DNA of 27,930 nucleotides from a virus (Duplodnaviria; Heunggongvirae; Uroviricota; Caudoviricetes): IMG/VR virus record IMGVR_UViG_2529292904_000023; one strand, 5' to 3'. Shown piece by piece: positions 24,922 to 27,930 of this stretch (position 1 is its first letter; each line of letters starts with the position of its first letter). The notes under the pieces were generated by a model. It saw only the letters and a program-made list of their open reading frames with translations, ran no database searches and was not told where the DNA came from. The position numbers and the translations under genes were made by a program.

Positions 24922-26822
24922 TATGATGGCTGCCGTTTCGGTTGCGCTGCAGCCTCTGGTCAGGGTTGTACCAATGACGGCAGTTGAATGGGCTGATCAA
25001 AATTATTATCTGCCTAAAGAATCTTCATATGGTGAGGGAGAATGGAAAACGCTGCCATTCCAGATCGCCATTATGAACTGTATGGGTAACGACCAGGTTC
25101 GCACGGTTAACCTGATTAAATCTGCCCGTGTTGGCTATACAAAGATGTTGCTGGGGGTGGTCGGGTATTTTATTGAGCATAAATCCCGAAACAGTCTGCT
25201 TTTTCAGCCCACGGATTCTGCCGCTGAAGATTTTATGAAGTCTCACGTGGAGGCGACGATTCGGAACGTGCCATGCCTGAAAGACCTTTCCCCATGGCTG
25301 GGGCGTAAACATCGTGACAATACTCTCACGCTGAAACGCTTTTCATCGGGCGTCGGTTTCTGGTGCCTGGGCGGCGCTGCCGCCAAAAACTACCGTGAAA
25401 AATCCGTGGACGTGGTCTGCTATGACGAACTTTCCTCGTTCGAGCCGGATGTCGAAAAAGAGGGCTCGCCAACCCTGCTGGGGGATAAGCGTATTGAGGG
25501 GTCGGTGTGGCCAAAATCCATTCGCGGCTCGACGCCTAAAATCAAAGGCACCTGCCAGATCGAAAAAGCCGCTAACGAGTCGGCGCATTTTATGCGTTTT
25601 TATGTGCCCTGCCCGCACTGTGGGGAGGCGCAGTATCTGAAATTTGGCGATGAGTCCACGCCTTTTGGGCTTAAATGGGAGAAGGACAGCCCCGAAAGTG
25701 TTTTCTACCTCTGTGAACATCATGGCTGCGTGATCCATCAGTCTGAACTGGACCAGAGCAACGGGCGGTGGATCTGTGAAAACACGGGCATGTGGACCCG
25801 TGACGGTCTGACGTTTTTCAGCGCCCGGGGCGATGAAATTCCGCCGCCGCGCTCCATCACGTTCCATATCTGGACGGCGTACAGTCCGTTCACCACCTGG
25901 GTACAGATAGTCTATGACTGGCTGGATGCACTGAAAGATCCCAACGGCCTGAAAACCTTTGTGAACACCACGCTGGGCGAGACCTGGGAAGAAGCCGTGG
26001 GCGAAAAACTCGATCACCAGGTACTGATGGATAAGGTCGTGCATTACACAGCGGCGGTGCCTGCCCGGGTGGTTTATCTGACGGCGGGCATTGACTCGCA
26101 GCGAAACCGTTTTGAGATGTATGTCTGGGGATGGGCACCGGGAGAGGAAGCTTTTCTGGTGGATAAAATCATCATTATGGGCCGTCCCGATGAGGAAGAG
26201 ACGCTGTTACGTGTGGATGCGGCGATCAACAAAAAATACCGCCATGCGGATGGCACCGAAATGACTATTTCCCGTGTCTGCTGGGACACCGGGGGGATCG
26301 ATGGTGAAATTGTTTATCAGAGATCAAAAAAACACGGTGTTTTCCGGGTGCTGCCGGTAAAAGGCGCATCTGTCTATGGCAAGCCGGTGATCACCATGCC
26401 AAAAACCCGCAATCAGCGGGGCGTGTATCTGGTGTGAAGTGGGAACGGACACCGCAAAAGAAATTCTCTATGCCCGTATGAAAGCCGATCCCACGCCTGC
26501 GGATGAAGCCACGTCGTATGCCATCCGTTTTCCTGATGATCCGGAGATTTTTTCGCAGACAGAGGCGCAGCAACTGGTCGCGGAAGAGCTTGTGGAGAAG
26601 TGGGAAAAAGGAAAGATGCGTCTGCTGTGGGATAACAAAAAGCGGCGTAACGAAGCGCTGGACTGCCTGGTGTATGCCTACGCGGCATTACGTGTGTCCG
26701 TGCAACGCTGGCAGCTTGATCTGGCTGTACTGGCAAAATCCCGGGAAGAAGAGACGACCCGGCCAACCCTTAAAGAACTGGCAGCGAAGCTGTCCGGAGG
26801 AGTGAATGGTTACAGTCGCTGA
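24893..26822 (+). pseudogene. A: Terminase large subunit (gpA-like) interrupted by an apparent one-base insertion near 26432-26436
   Basis: N-terminal part ends ...RNQRGVYLV-stop at 26437; the C-terminal part continues in another frame from 26436/26439 (EVGTDTAKE...); the two halves align across the junction to one continuous gpA. Confidence 0.75.
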
Positions 26823-27012
26823 ACTGCAGGCGCTGCGTCAGGCGCGCCTTGATTTATTAACCGGTAAACGGGTGGTGTCTGTCCAGAAAGATGGTCGCAG
26901 AATTGAATATACGGCGGCTTCTCTGGATGAGCTTAACCGGGCGATCAATGATGCGGAGTCGGTACTGGGGACAACCCGGCGTCGCCGTCGTCCGCTGGGA
27001 GTGAGGTTATGA
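26806..27012 (+). CDS. W: Head-tail joining protein gpW-like
   Basis: 68 aa; LTGKRVVSVQKDGRRIEYTAASL matches the recalled lambda W. Confidence 0.8.
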   Translation: MVTVAELQALRQARLDLLTGKRVVSVQKDGRRIEYTAASLDELNRAINDAESVLGTTRRRRRPLGVRL

Positions 27013-27930
27013 AACGAACGCCTGTCCTGATTGATGTGAACGGCGTTCCGCTTCGTGAGAGTCTCAGCTACAACGGGGGCGGTGCAGGATTTGGCGGGCA
27101 AATGGCGGAGTGGTTGCCACCGGCGCAGAGTGCCGATGCAGGCCCTGCTACCCGCGTTGCGTCTGGGGAATGCCCGGGCAGATGATCTGGTGCGCAATAA
27201 CGGAATAGCGGCTAATGCGGTGGCTCTGCATAAGGATCACATTGTCGGGCATATGTTTCTGATCAGCTACCGTCCGAACTGGCGCTGGCTGGGGATGCGG
27301 GAGACCGCAGCAAAAAGCTTTGTCGATGAGGTGGAGGCGGCCTGGTCGGAATACGCCGAAGGGATGTCTGGCGAGATCGACGTGGAAGGAAAACGCACGT
27401 TCACGGAATTTATCCGTGAAGGTGTGGGCGTTCATGCGTTTAACGGCGAAATCTTTGTGCAGCCGGTCTGGGATACGGAAACCACGCAGTTATTCCGTAC
27501 GCGTTTTAAAGCCGTGAGTCCGAAACGGGTGGACACGCCTGGACACGGTATGGGGAACCGTTTTCTGCGGGCCGGTGTGGAGGTCGATCGATATGGTCGT
27601 GCCGTTGCGTACCATATTTGTGAGGATGATTTTCCTTTCTCTGGTAGTGGACGATGGGAACGGATCCCGCGTGAACTTCCCACCGGGCGTCCGGCTATGC
27701 TGCATATTTTCGAGCCGGTGGAGGACGGGCAGACCCGTGGGGCTAATCAGTTTTACAGCGTCATGGAACGGCTGAAGATGCTCGATTCCCTGCAGGCAAC
27801 ACAGCTTCAGTCGGCCATAGTGAAGGCGATGTATGCAGCGACGATTGAAAGTGACCTTGATACCGAAAAGGCCTTTGAATATATCGCCGGTGCGCCGCAG
27901 GGGCAGAAGGATAATCCGCTTATTAATATT
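27009..27930 (+). pseudogene. B: Portal protein (gpB-like), 5' part; apparent extra G at about 27141 shifts the frame; gene continues past the window end
   Basis: Frame 0 from ATG 27009 gives MKRTPV...PPAQSADA then stops at 27183-27185; frame +1 from 27142 gives ALLP...GNARADDLVRNNG...FEPVEDGQTRGAN...AIVKAMYAATIE, collinear with the recalled lambda B. Confidence 0.75.

Larger units (their letters stand above)
1..27930. mobile_element. Lambdoid prophage, partial; boundaries and integrase lie outside the window or are lost
   Basis: Gene order CI/Cro, replication, RusA, Q, tRNAs, NanS-p, S-R-Rz/Rz1, cos, Nu1-A-W-B; divergent immunity genes; chains of ATGA/GTGA-coupled genes. Confidence 0.9.

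Noticed and set aside
25343-26044. 233-aa minus-strand ORF inside the terminase gene, and similar shadow ORFs (for example 641-841, 4279-4542, 4991-5325, 13859-14440, 14049-14561, 19242-20233)
   Set aside because: Each is fully embedded antisense or out of frame within a confidently assigned gene; treated as shadow ORFs.
26425-26440. Programmed ribosomal frameshift as the explanation for the split terminase
   Set aside because: There is no slippery heptamer or known recoding context, lambda-type gpA is made from a single frame, and the portal gene has a similar lesion; mutation or sequencing error is more likely.

Overview
The window is one contiguous segment of a lambdoid prophage (a lambda / phage 21 / 933W-type mosaic) from an Enterobacteriaceae, E. 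coli-like genome. All calls are from reading the sequence and recalled family signatures; no database search was run. Left to right: (1) an accessory left end with an AT-rich 318-aa ORF and a small plus-strand module bracketed by terminators; (2) a leftward early operon on the minus strand (PrtN-like protein, DEDDh exonuclease, DUF551-like, a PD-(D/E)xK-like protein, three tandem Ea22-like paralogs, HD hydrolase, YfdQ/YfdP-like); (3) the immunity region (CI repressor with S24 peptidase, Cro, three copies of a TTGCG-N5-WGCAA operator motif); (4) the rightward replication and nin region (CII-like, Rha, iteron-bearing initiator, Dam-like methyltransferase, LexA DNA-binding-domain-only protein, RusA, KilA-N protein, DUF968 protein, Q antiterminator); (5) a pR'/tR' candidate, a truncated methyltransferase remnant and a three-tRNA island (CAU, Arg-UCG, Arg-UCU); (6) the NanS-p esterase at the position where Stx phages carry stxAB, with no toxin genes; (7) a phage-21-type lysis cassette (S pinholin, SAR endolysin, Rz/Rz1) carrying an extra 185-aa gene and a micro-ORF; (8) an AT-rich antisense pair, cos, and head genes Nu1-A-W-B. 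Terminase A and portal B each carry an apparent one-base insertion. No integrase, rRNA or CRISPR array is present. No single locus can be shown to be a new system from sequence alone; the strongest candidates for uncharacterised function are the AT-rich left-end ORF, the gene inside the lysis cassette, the KilA-N/DUF968 pair and the structured non-coding leader at 8637-9264.
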